64,000 nt of DNA from Eledone cirrhosa (lineage: Eukaryota). The notes under the pieces were generated by a model. That model was not told the origin of the DNA. It did not search any database and saw nothing but the letters and a program-made list of their open reading frames with translations. The DNA is taken from the NCBI GenBank assembly GCA_964016885.1, contig OZ024744.1, positions 94,364,001 through 94,428,000 on the forward strand. Reading direction: 5' to 3'. Positions 51,801 to 64,000 of the stretch are shown here, piece by piece. The first letter of the stretch is position 1; each line of letters opens with the position of its first letter. Both the position numbers and the translations under genes were made by a program.

Positions 51801-54800
51801 TTTTGTCGTGACACGAACACAACCACTTTACAGTGTGGACTGGGTGCTTTTTGTCGTGACACCAACACAACCACTTTACAGTGTGGGCTGGGTGCTTTCT
51901 GTCGTGACATCAACACAACCACTTTACAGTGTGGACTGGGTGGTTTTTGTCATGACACCTACATGACCACCTTACAGTGTGGGCTGGGTGCTTTCTGTCG
52001 TGACACCAACACAACCACTTTACAGTGTGGACTGGGTGCTTTTTGTCGTGACACCAACACAACCACTTTACAGTGTGGGCTGGGTGCTTTTTGTCGTGAC
52101 ACTTACATGACCACTTTACAGTGTGGGCTGGGTGCTTTTTGTCATGACACCAACACAACCACTTTACAGTGTGGACTGGGTGCTTTTTGTCGTGACACTA
52201 ACACAACCACTTTACAGTGTGGGCTGGGTGCTTTTTGTTGTGACACCTACAGAACCACTTCACAGTGTGGGCTGGGTGCTTTTTGTCATGACACCAACAC
52301 AACCACTTTACAGTGTGGACTGGGTGCTTTTTGTCGTGACACTAACACAACCACTTTACAGTGTGGACTGGGAGCTTTTTGTCGTGACACCAACACAACC
52401 ACTTTACAGTGTGGGCTGGGTGCTTTTTGTCGTGACACCAACGCAACCACATTACAGTGTGGGCTGGGTGCTTTTTGTCGTGACACGAACACAACCACTT
52501 TACAGTGTGGACTGGGTGCTTTTTGTCGTGACACCAACACAACCACTTTACAGTGTGGGCTGGGTGCTTTCTGTCGTGACATCAACACAACCACTTTACA
52601 GTGTGGACTGGGTGCTTTTTGTCGTGACACTAACACAACCACTTTACAGTGTGGGCTGGGTGCTTTTTGTCGTGACACCAACACAAACACTTTACAGTGT
52701 GGGCTGGGTGCTTTTTGTCGTGACACCAACACAACCACTTTACAGTGTGGGCTGGGTGCTTTTTGTCATGACACCTACATGACCACCTTACAGTGTGGGC
52801 TGGGTGCCTTCTGTCGTGACACCAACACAACCACTTTACAGTGTGGGCTGGGTGCTTTTTGTCGTGACACCAACACAACCACTTTACAGTGTGGACTGGG
52901 TGCTTTTTGTCGTGACACCAACACAACAACTTTAGAGTGTGGACTGGGTGCTTTTTGTCGTGACACTTACATGACCACTTTACAGTGTAGGCTGGATGCT
53001 TTTTGTCGTGACACCAACACAACCACTTTACAGTGTGGACTGGGTGCTTTTTGTCGTGACACCAACACAACCACTTTACAGTGTGGACTGGGTGCTTTTT
53101 GTCATGACACCAACGCAACGACTTTGCAGTGTGGACTGGGAGCTTTTTGTCGTGACACCAACACAACCACTTTACAGTGTGGGCTGGGTGCTTTTTGTCA
53201 TGACACCAACGCAACGACTTTGCAGTGTGGACTGGGAGCTTTTTGTTGTGACACCAACACAACCACTTCACAGTGTGGGCTGGGTGCTTTTTGTCATGAC
53301 ACCAACACAACCACTTTACAGTGTGGACTGGGTGCTTTTTGTCGTGACACTAACACAACCACTTTACAGTGTGGGCTGGGTGATTTTGTTGTGACACCTA
53401 CACAACCACTTCACAGTGTGGGCTGGGTGCTTTTTGTCATGACACCAACACAACCACTTTACAGTGTGGACTGGGAGCTTTTTGACGTGACACCAACACA
53501 ACCACTTCACAGTGTGGGCTGGGTGCTTTTTGTCATGACACCAAAACAACCACTTTACAGTGTGGACTGGGTGCTTTTTGTCGTGACACTAACACAACCA
53601 CTTTACAGTGTGGACTGGGAGCTTTTTGTCGTGACACCAACACAACCACTTTACAGTGTGGGCTGGGTGCTTTTTGTCATGACACCAACGCAACCACTTT
53701 ACAGTGTGGGCTGGGTGCTTTTTGTCGTGACACGAACACAACCACTTTACAGTGTGGACTGGGTGCTTTTTGTCGTGACACCAACACAACCACTTTACAG
53801 TGTGGACTGGGTGCTTTTTGTCATGACACCAACGCAACGACTTTGCAGTGTGGACTGGGAGCTTTTTGTCGTGACACCAACACAACCACTTCACAGTGTG
53901 GGCTGGGTGCTTTTTGTCATGACACCAACACAACCACTTTACAGTGTGGACTGGGTGCTTTTTGTCGTGACACTAACACAACCACTTTACAGTGTGGGCT
54001 GGGTGCTTTTTGTCGTGACACCAACACAAACACTTTACAGTGTGGACTGGGTGCTTTTTGTCGTGACACCAACACAACCACTTTACAGTGTGGGCTGGGT
54101 GCTTTTTGTCGTGACACAAACACAACCACTTTACAGTGTGGGCTGGGTGCTTTTTGTCATGACACCTACATGACCACCTTACAGTGTGGGCTGGGTGCCT
54201 TCTGTCGTGACACCAACACAACCACTTTACAGTGTGGGCTGGGTGCTTTTTGTCGTGACACGAACACAATCACTATACAGTGTGGTCTGGGTGCTTTTTG
54301 TCGTGACACCAACACAACCACTTTACAGTGTGGACTGGGTGCTTTTTGTCATGACACCAACACAACGACTTTGCAGTGTGGACTGGGAGCTTTTGGTCGT
54401 GACACCAACACAACCACTTCACAGTGTGGGCTGGGTGCTTTTTGTTGTGACACCTACACAACCACTTCACAGTATGGGCTGGGTGCTTTTTGTCATGACA
54501 CCAAAACAACCACTTTACAGTGTGGACTGGGAGCTTTTTGTCGTGACACCAACACAACCACTTCACAGTGTGGGCTGGGTGCTTTTTGTCATGACACCAA
54601 CACAACCACTTTACAGTGTGGACTGGGTGCTTTTTGTCGTGACACTAACACAACCACTTTACAGTGTGGACTGGGAGCTTTTTGTCATGACACCAACACA
54701 ACCGCTTTACTGTGTGGGCTGGGTGCTTTTTGTCGTGACACCAACGCAACCACTTTACAGTGTGGGCTGGGTGCTTTTTGTCGTGACACGAACACAACCA

Positions 54801-57800
54801 CTTTACAGTGTGGACTGGGTGCTTTTTGTCGTGACACCAACACAACCACTTTACAGTGTGGGCTGGGTGCTTTATGTCATGACATCAACACAACCACTTT
54901 ACAGTGTGGACTGGCTGCTTTTTGTCGTGACACTAACACAACCACTTTACAGTGTGGGCTGGGTGCTTTTTGTCGTGACACCAACACAACCACTTTACAG
55001 TGTGGACTGGGTGCTTTTTGTTGTGACACCAACACAACCACTTTACAGTGTGGACTGGGAGCTTTTTGTCGTGACACCAACACAACCACTTTACAGTGTG
55101 GGCTGGGTGCTTTTTGTTGTGACACCAACACAACCACTTTACAGTGTGGGCTGGGTACTTTTTGTCATGACACTAATACAACCACTTTACAGTGTGGGCT
55201 GGGTGCTTTTTGTCGTGACACCAACACAATCACTTTACAGTGTGGACTGGGTGCTTTTTGTCGTGACACCAACACAACCACTTTACAGTGTGGGCTGGGT
55301 GCTTTTTGTCGTGACACCAACACAAACACTTTACAGTGTGGGCTGGGTGCTTTTTGTCATTACACCTACATGACCACCTTACAGTGTGGAATGGGTGCTT
55401 TTTGTCGTGACACCAACACAACCACTTTACAGTGTGGGCTGGGTCCTTTTTGTCGTGACACGAACACAACCACTTTACAGTGTGGACTGGGTACTTTTTG
55501 TCGTGACACCAACACAACCACTTTACAGTGTGGGCTGGGTGCTTTCTGTCGTGACATCAACACAACCACTTTACAGTGTGGACTGGGTGGTTTTTGTCAT
55601 GACACCTACATGACCACCTTACAGTGTGGGCTGGGTGCTTTCTGTCGTGACACCAACACAACCACTTTACAGTGTGGACTGGGTGCTTTTTGTCGTGACA
55701 CCAACACAACCACTTTACAGTGTGGGCTGGGTGCTTTTTGTCGTGACACTTACATGACCACTTTACAGTGTGGGCTGGGTGCTTTTTGTCATGACACCAA
55801 CACAACCACTTTACAGTGTGGACTGGGTGCTTTTTGTCGTGACACTAACACAACCACTTTACAGTGTGGGCTGGGCGCTTTTTGTTGTGACACCTACACA
55901 ACCACTTCACAGTGTGGGCTGGGTGCTTTTTGTCATGACACCAACACAACCACTTTACAGTGTGGACTGGGAGCTTTTTGTCGTGACACCAACACAACCA
56001 CTTCACAGTGTGGGCTGGGTGCTTTTTGTCATGACACCAACACAACCACTTTACAGTGTGGGCTGGGTGCTTTTTGTCGTGACACCAACACAACCACTTT
56101 ACAGTGTGGGCTGGGTGCTTTTTGTCGTGACACAAACACAGCCACTTTACAGTGTGGACTGGGAGCTTTTTGTCGTGACACCAACACAACCACTTTACAG
56201 TGTGGGCTGGGTGCTTTTTGTCGTGACACCAACGCAACCACATTACAGTGTGGGCTGGGTGCTTTTTGTCGTGACACGAACACAACCACTTTACAGTGTG
56301 GACTGGGTGCTTTTTGTCGTGACACCAACACAACCACTTTACAGTGTGGGCTGGGTGCCTTCTGTCGTGACACCAACACAACCACTTTACTGTGTGGGCT
56401 GGGTGCTTTTTGTCGTGACACCAACACAACCACTTTACAGTGTGGACTGGGTGCTTTTTGTCGTGACACCAACACAACCACTTTAGAGTGTGGACTGGGT
56501 GCTTCTTGTCGTGACACTTACATGACCACTTTACAGTGTAGGCTGGATGCTTTTTGTCGTGACACCAACACAACCACTTCACAGTGTGGACTGGGTGCTT
56601 TTTGTCGTGACACCAACACAACCACTTCACAGTGTGGGCTGGGTGCTTTTTGTCATGACACCAACACAAGCACTTTAGAGTGTGGACTGGGAGCTTTTTG
56701 TCGTAACACCAACACAACCACTTCACAGTGTGGGCTGGGTGCTTTTTGTCATGACACCAAAACAACCACTTTACAGTGTGGACTGGGTGCTTTTTGTCGT
56801 GACACTAACACAACCACTTTACAGTGTGGACTGGGAGCTTTTTGTCATGACACCAACGCAACGACTTTGCAGTGTGGACTGGGTGCTTTTTGTCGTGACA
56901 CCAACACAACCACTTTAGAGTGTGGACTGGGTGCTTCTTGTCGTGACACTTACATGACCACTTTACAGTGTAGGCTGGATGCTTTTTGTCGTGACACCAA
57001 CACAACCACTTCACAGTGTGGACTGGGTGCTTTTTGTCGTGACACCAACACAACCACTTCACAGTGTGGGCTGGGTGCTTTTTGTCATGACACCAACACA
57101 AGCACTTTAGAGTGTGGACTGGGAGCTTTTTGTCGTAACACCAACACAACCACTTCACAGTGTGGGCTGGGTGCTTTTTGTCATGACACCAACACAACCA
57201 CTTTACAGTGTGGACTGGGAGCTTTTTGTCGTGACACCAACACAACCACTTCACAGTGTGGGCTGGGTGCTTTTTGTCATGACACCAAAACAACCACTTT
57301 ACAGTGTGGACTGGGTGCTTTTTGTCGTGACACTAACACAACCACTTTACAGTGTGGACTGGGAGCTTTTTGTCGTGACACCAACACAACCACTTTACAG
57401 TGTGGGCTGGGTGCTTTTTGTCATGACACCAACGCAACCACTTTACAGTGTGGGCTGGGTGCTTTTTTTCGTGACACGAACACAACCACTTTACAGTGTG
57501 GACTGGGTGCTTTTTGTCGTGACACCAACACAACCACTTTACAGTGTGGACTGGCTGCTTTTTGTCGTGACACTAACACAACCACTTTACAGTGTGGGCT
57601 GGTCACTTTTTGTTGTGACACCAACACAACCACTTTACAGTGTGGACTGGGTGCTTTTTGTCGTGACACCAACGCAACCACTTTACAGTGTGGGCTGGGT
57701 GCTTTTTGTCGTGACACGAACACAACCACTTTACAGTGTGGACTGGGTGCTTTTTGTCGTGACACCAACACAACCACTTTACAGTGTGGGCTGGGTGCTT

Positions 57801-60800
57801 TATGTCATGACATCAACACAACCACTTTACAGTGTGGACTGGCTGCTTTTTGTCGTGACACTAACACAACCACTTTACAGTGTGGGCTGGGTGCTTTTTG
57901 TCGTGACACCAACACAACCACTTTACAGTGTGGACTGGGTGCTTTTTGTTGTGACACCAACACAACCACTTTACAGTGTGGACTGGGAGCTTTTTGTCGT
58001 GACACCAACACAACCACTTTACAGTGTGGGCTGGGTGCTTTTTGTTGTGACACCAACACAACCACTTTACAGTGTGGGCTGGGTACTTTTTGTCATGACA
58101 CTAATACAACCACTTTACAGTGTGGGCTGGGTGCTTTTTGTCGTGACACCAACACAATCACTTTACAGTGTGGACTGGGTGCTTTTTGTCGTGACACCAA
58201 CACAACCACTTTAAAGTGTGGGCTGGGTGCTTTTTGTCGTGACACCAACACAAACACTTTACAGTGTGGGCTGGGTGCTTTTTGTCATTACACCTACATG
58301 ACCACCTTACAGTGTGGAATGGGTGCTTTTTGTCGTGACACCAACACAACCACTTTACAGTGTGGGCTGGGTGCTTTTTGTCGTGACACGAACACAACCA
58401 CTTTACAGTGTGGACTGGGTACTTTTTGTCGTGACACCAACACAACCACTTTACAGTGTGGGCTGGGTGCTTTCTGTCGTGACATCAACACAACCACTTT
58501 ACAGTGTGGACTGGGTGGTTTTTGTCATGACACCTACATGACCACCTTACAGTGTGGGCTGGGTGCTTTCTGTCGTGACAACAACACAACCACTTTACAG
58601 TGTGGACTGGGTGCTTTTTGTCGTGACACCAACACAACCACTTTACAGTGTGGGCTGGGTGCTTTTTGTCGTGACACTTACATGACCACTTTACAGTGTG
58701 GGCTGGGTGCTTTTTGTCATGACACCAACACAACCACTTTACAGTGTGGACTGGGTGCTTTTTGTCGTGACACTAACACAACCACTTTACAGTGTGGGCT
58801 GGGCGCTTTTTGTTGTGACACCTACACAACCACTTCACAGTGTGGGCTGGGTGCTTTTTGTCATGACACCAACACAACCACTTTACAGTGTGGACTGGGA
58901 GCTTTTTGTCGTGACACCAACACAACCACTTCACAGTGTGGGCTGGGTGCTTTTTGTCATGACACCAACACAACCACTTTACAGTGTGGGCTGGGTGCTT
59001 TTTGTCGTGACACCAACACAACCACTTTACAGTGTGGGCTGGGTGCTTTTTGTCGTGACACAAACACAGCCACTTTACAGTGTGGACTGGGAGCTTTTTG
59101 TCGTGACACCAACACAACCACTTTACAGTGTGGGCTGGGTGCTTTTTGTCGTGACACCAACGCAACCACATTACAGTGTGGGCTGGGTGCTTTTTGTCGT
59201 GACACGAACACAACCACTTTACAGTGTGGACTGGGTGCTTTTTGTCGTGACACCAACACAACCACTTTACAGTGTGGGCTGGGTGCCTTCTGTCGTGACA
59301 CCAACACAACCACTTTACTGTGTGGGCTGGGTGCTTTTTGTCGTGACACCAACACAACTACTTTACAGTGTGGACTGGGTGCTTTTTGTCGTGACACCAA
59401 CACAACCACTTTAGAGTGTGGACTGGGTGCTTCTTGTCGTGACACTTACATGACCACTTTACAGTGTAGGCTGGATGCTTTTTGTCGTGACACCAACACA
59501 ACCACTTCACAGTGTGGACTGGGTGCTTTTTGTCGTGACACCAACACAACCACTTCACAGTGTGGGCTGGGTGCTTTTTGTCATGACACCAACACAAGCA
59601 CTTTAGAGTGTGGACTGGGAGCTTTTTGTCGTAACACCAACACAACCACTTCACAGTGTGGGCTGGGTGCTTTTTGTCATGACACCAACACAACCACTTT
59701 ACAGTGTGGACTGGGTGCTTTTTGTCGTGACACTAACACAACCACTTTACAGTGTGGGCTGGGTGCTTTTTGTTGTGACACCTACACAACCACTTCACAG
59801 TGTGGGCTGGGTGCTTTTTGTCATGACACCAACACAACCACTTTACAGTGTGGACTGGGAGCTTTTTGTCGTGACACCAACACAACCACTTCACAGTGTG
59901 GGCTGGGTGCTTTTTGTCATGACACCAAAACAACCACTTTACAGTGTGGACTGGGTGCTTTTTGTCGTGACACTAACACAACCACTTTACAGTGTGGACT
60001 GGGAGCTTTTTGTCGTGACACCAACACAACCACTTTACAGTGTGGGCTGGGTGCTTTTTGTCATGACACCAACGCAACCACTTTACAGTGTGGGCTGGGT
60101 GCTTTTTTTCGTGACACGAACACAACCACTTTACAGTGTGGACTGGGTGCTTTTTGTCGTGACACCAACACAACCACTTTACAGTGTGGACTGGCTGCTT
60201 TTTGTCGTGACACTAACACAACCACTTTACAGTGTGGGCTGGTCACTTTTTGTTGTGACACCAACACAACCACTTTACAGTGTGGACTGGGTGCTTTTTG
60301 TCGTGACACCAACACAACCACTTTACAGTGTGGGCTGGGTGCTTTTTGTCGTGACACCAACACAACCACTTTACAGTGTGGACTGGGTGCTTTTTGTCGT
60401 GACACTAACACAACCACTTTACAGTGTGGACTGGGAGCTTTTTGTCGTGACACCAACACAACCACTTTACAGTGTGGGCTGGGTGCTTTTTGTCATGACA
60501 CCAACGCAACCACTTTACAGTGTGGGCTGGGTGCTTTTTTTCGTGACACGAACACAACCACTTTACAGTGTGGACTGGGTGCTTTTTGTCGTGACACCAA
60601 CACAACCACTTTACAGTGTGGACTGGCTGCTTTTTGTCGTGACACTAACACAACCACTTTACAGTGTGGGCTGGTCACTTTTTGTTGTGACACCAACACA
60701 ACCACTTTACAGTGTGGACTGGGTGCTTTTTGTCGTGACACCAACGCAACCACTTTACAGTGTGGGCTGGGTGCTTTTTGTCGTGACACGAACACAACCA

Positions 60801-63800
60801 CTTTACAGTGTGGACTGGGTGCTTTTTGTCGTGACACCAACACAACCACTTTACAGTGTGGGCTGGGTGCTTTATGTCATGACATCAACACAACCACTTT
60901 ACAGTGTGGACTGGCTGCTTTTTGTCGTGACACTAACACAACCACTTTACAGTGTGGGCTGGGTGCTTTTTGTCGTGACACCAACACAACCACTTTACAG
61001 TGTGGACTGGGTGCTTTTTGTTGTGACACCAACACAACCACTTTACAGTGTGGACTGGGAGCTTTTTGTCGTGACACCAACACAACCACTTTACAGTGTG
61101 GGCTGGGTGCTTTTTGTTGTGACACCAACACAACCACTTTACAGTGTGGGCTGGGTACTTTTTGTCATGACACTAATACAACCACTTTACAGTGTGGGCT
61201 GGGTGCTTTTTGTCGTGACACCAACACAATCACTTTACAGTGTGGACTGGGTGCTTTTTGTCGTGACACCAACACAACCACTTTACAGTGTGGGCTGGGT
61301 GCTTTTTGTCGTGACACCAACACAAACACTTTACAGTGTGGGCTGGGTGCTTTTTGTCATTACACCTACATGACCACCTTACAGTGTGGAATGGGTGCTT
61401 TTTGTCGTGACACCAACACAACCACTTTACAGTGTGGGCTGGGTGCTTTTTGTCGTGACACGAACACAACCACTTTACAGTGTGGACTGGGTACTTTTTG
61501 TCGTGACACCAACACAACCACTTTACAGTGTGGGCTGGGTGCTTTCTGTCGTGACATCAACACAACCACTTTACAGTGTGGACTGGGTGGTTTTTGTCAT
61601 GACACCTACATGACCACCTTACAGTGTGGGCTGGGTGCTTTCTGTCGTGACAACAACACAACCACTTTACAGTGTGGACTGGGTGCTTTTTGTCGTGACA
61701 CCAACACAACCACTTTACAGTGTGGGCTGGGTGCTTTTTGTCGTGACACTTACATGACCACTTTACAGTGTGGGCTGGGTGCTTTTTGTCATGACACCAA
61801 CACAACCACTTTACAGTGTGGACTGGGTGCTTTTTGTCGTGACACTAACACAACCACTTTACAGTGTGGGCTGGGCGCTTTTTGTTGTGACACCTACACA
61901 ACCACTTCACAGTGTGGGCTGGGTGCTTTTTGTCATGACACCAACACAACCACTTTACAGTGTGGACTGGGAGCTTTTTGTCGTGACACCAACACAACCA
62001 CTTCACAGTGTGGGCTGGGTGCTTTTTGTCATGACACCAACACAACCACTTTACAGTGTGGGCTGGGTGCTTTTTGTCGTGACACCAACACAACCACTTT
62101 ACAGTGTGGGCTGGGTGCTTTTTGTCGTGACACAAACACAGCCACTTTACAGTGTGGACTGGGAGCTTTTTGTCGTGACACCAACACAACCACTTTACAG
62201 TGTGGGCTGGGTGCTTTTTGTCGTGACACCAACGCAACCACATTACAGTGTGGGCTGGGTGCTTTTTGTCGTGACACGAACACAACCACTTTACAGTGTG
62301 GACTGGGTGCTTTTTGTCGTGACACCAACACAACCACTTTACAGTGTGGGCTGGGTGCCTTCTGTCGTGACACCAACACAACCACTTTACTGTGTGGGCT
62401 GGGTGCTTTTTGTCGTGACACCAACACAACCACTTTACAGTGTGGACTGGGTGCTTTTTGTCGTGACACCAACACAACCACTTTAGAGTGTGGACTGGGT
62501 GCTTCTTGTCGTGACACTTACATGACCACTTTACAGTGTAGGCTGGATGCTTTTTGTCGTGACACCAACACAACCACTTCACAGTGTGGACTGGGTGCTT
62601 TTTGTCGTGACACCAACACAACCACTTCACAGTGTGGGCTGGGTGCTTTTTGTCATGACACCAACACAAGCACTTTAGAGTGTGGACTGGGAGCTTTTTG
62701 TCGTAACACCAACACAACCACTTCACAGTGTGGGCTGGGTGCTTTTTGTCATGACACCAACACAACCACTTTACAGTGTGGACTGGGTGCTTTTTGTCGT
62801 GACACTAACACAACCACTTTACAGTGTGGGCTGGGTGCTTTTTGTTGTGACACCTACACAACCACTTCACAGTGTGGGCTGGGTGCTTTTTGTCATGACA
62901 CCAACACAACCACTTTACAGTGTGGACTGGGAGCTTTTTGTCGTGACACCAACACAACCACTTCACAGTGTGGGCTGGGTGCTTTTTGTCATGACACCAA
63001 AACAACCACTTTACAGTGTGGACTGGGTGCTTTTTGTCGTGACACTAACACAACCACTTTACAGTGTGGACTGGGAGCTTTTTGTCGTGACACCAACACA
63101 ACCACTTTACAGTGTGGGCTGGGTGCTTTTTGTCATGACACCAACGCAACCACTTTACAGTGTGGGCTGGGTGCTTTTTTTCGTGACACGAACACAACCA
63201 CTTTACAGTGTGGACTGGGTGCTTTTTGTCGTGACACCAACACAACCACTTTACAGTGTGGACTGGCTGCTTTTTGTCGTGACACTAACACAACCACTTT
63301 ACAGTGTGGGCTGGTCACTTTTTGTTGTGACACCAACACAACCACTTTACAGTGTGGACTGGGTGCTTTTTGTCGTGACACCAACACAACCACTTTACAG
63401 TGTGGGCTGGGTGCTTTTTGTCGTGACACCAACACAACCACTTTACAGTGTGGGCTGGGTGCTTTTTGTCATGACACCAAAACAACCACTTTACAGTGTG
63501 GACTGGGTGCTTTTTGTCGTGACACTAACACAACCACTTTACAGTGTGGACTGGGTGCTTTTTGTCATGACACTAATACAACCACTTTACAGTGTGGGCT
63601 GGGTACTTTTTGTCATGACACTAATACAACCACTTTACAGTGTGGGCTGGGTGCTTTTTGTCATGACACCTACATGACCACCTTACAGTGTGGAATGGGT
63701 GCTTTTTGTCGTGACACCAACACAACCACCTTACAGTGTGGGCTGGGTGCTTTTTGTCGTGACACCAACGCAACCACTTTACAGCGTGGGCTTGGTGCTT

Positions 63801-64000
63801 TTTGTCGCGACACCAACACAACCACTTTACAGTGTGGACTGGGTGCTTTTTGTTGTGACACCTACACAACCACTTCACAGTGTGGGCTGGGTGCTTTTTG
63901 TCATGACACCAACACAACCACTTTACAGTGTGGACTGGGAGCTTTTTGTCGTGACACTAACACAACCACTTTACAGTGTGGGCTGGGTGCTTTTTGTTGT
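45831..64000. repeat. 48-bp tandem satellite, ~378 units, consensus ACAGTGTGGRCTGGGTGCTTTTTGTCRTGACACCAACACAACCACTTT; runs past the window end
   Basis: Directly visible 48-bp period; 16-aa periodic translations in all open frames. Confidence 0.99.

Noticed and set aside
46321-54173. 1769-aa and 1005-aa ORFs as real genes
   Set aside because: They switch repeat peptide at 1-bp deletions, start at GTG/TTG, and arise because 48 is divisible by 3; several frames on both strands are open
45831-64000. CRISPR array
   Set aside because: No unique spacers; contiguous near-identical 48-mers in eukaryotic DNA with no cas genes

Overview
Eukaryotic, AT-rich, repeat-rich animal DNA. The SINE and LINE families look cephalopod (octopus-like); this is an inference from repeat motifs. 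Bases 1-31651 (+) carry the 3' part of an intron-rich HECTD1 E3 ubiquitin ligase gene: 18 exons joined by phase-consistent GT-AG introns, ending in a complete HECT domain ([16 protein letters not shown]...EKGFHLN*). One or two extra candidate cassette exons lie in the ~10.9 kb intron, and a ~4 kb 3'UTR probably follows. Introns and downstream DNA hold 5'-truncated RTE LINEs, tRNA-headed SINEs sharing the RTE tail, Nin-domain-like SINEs, piggyBac-, hAT- and Tc1-type MITEs and a solo LTR nested in a LINE. The last ~18.2 kb (45831 to the window end) is a homogeneous 48-bp tandem array of ~378 units with higher-order structure. It grows directly out of an RTE-LINE 3' tail, and the same 48-mer occurs as 1-4 copies in dispersed tails elsewhere in the window. 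The long ORFs in this array most likely reflect the 48-bp period rather than a gene. All coordinates were read by eye; repeat boundaries are approximate.
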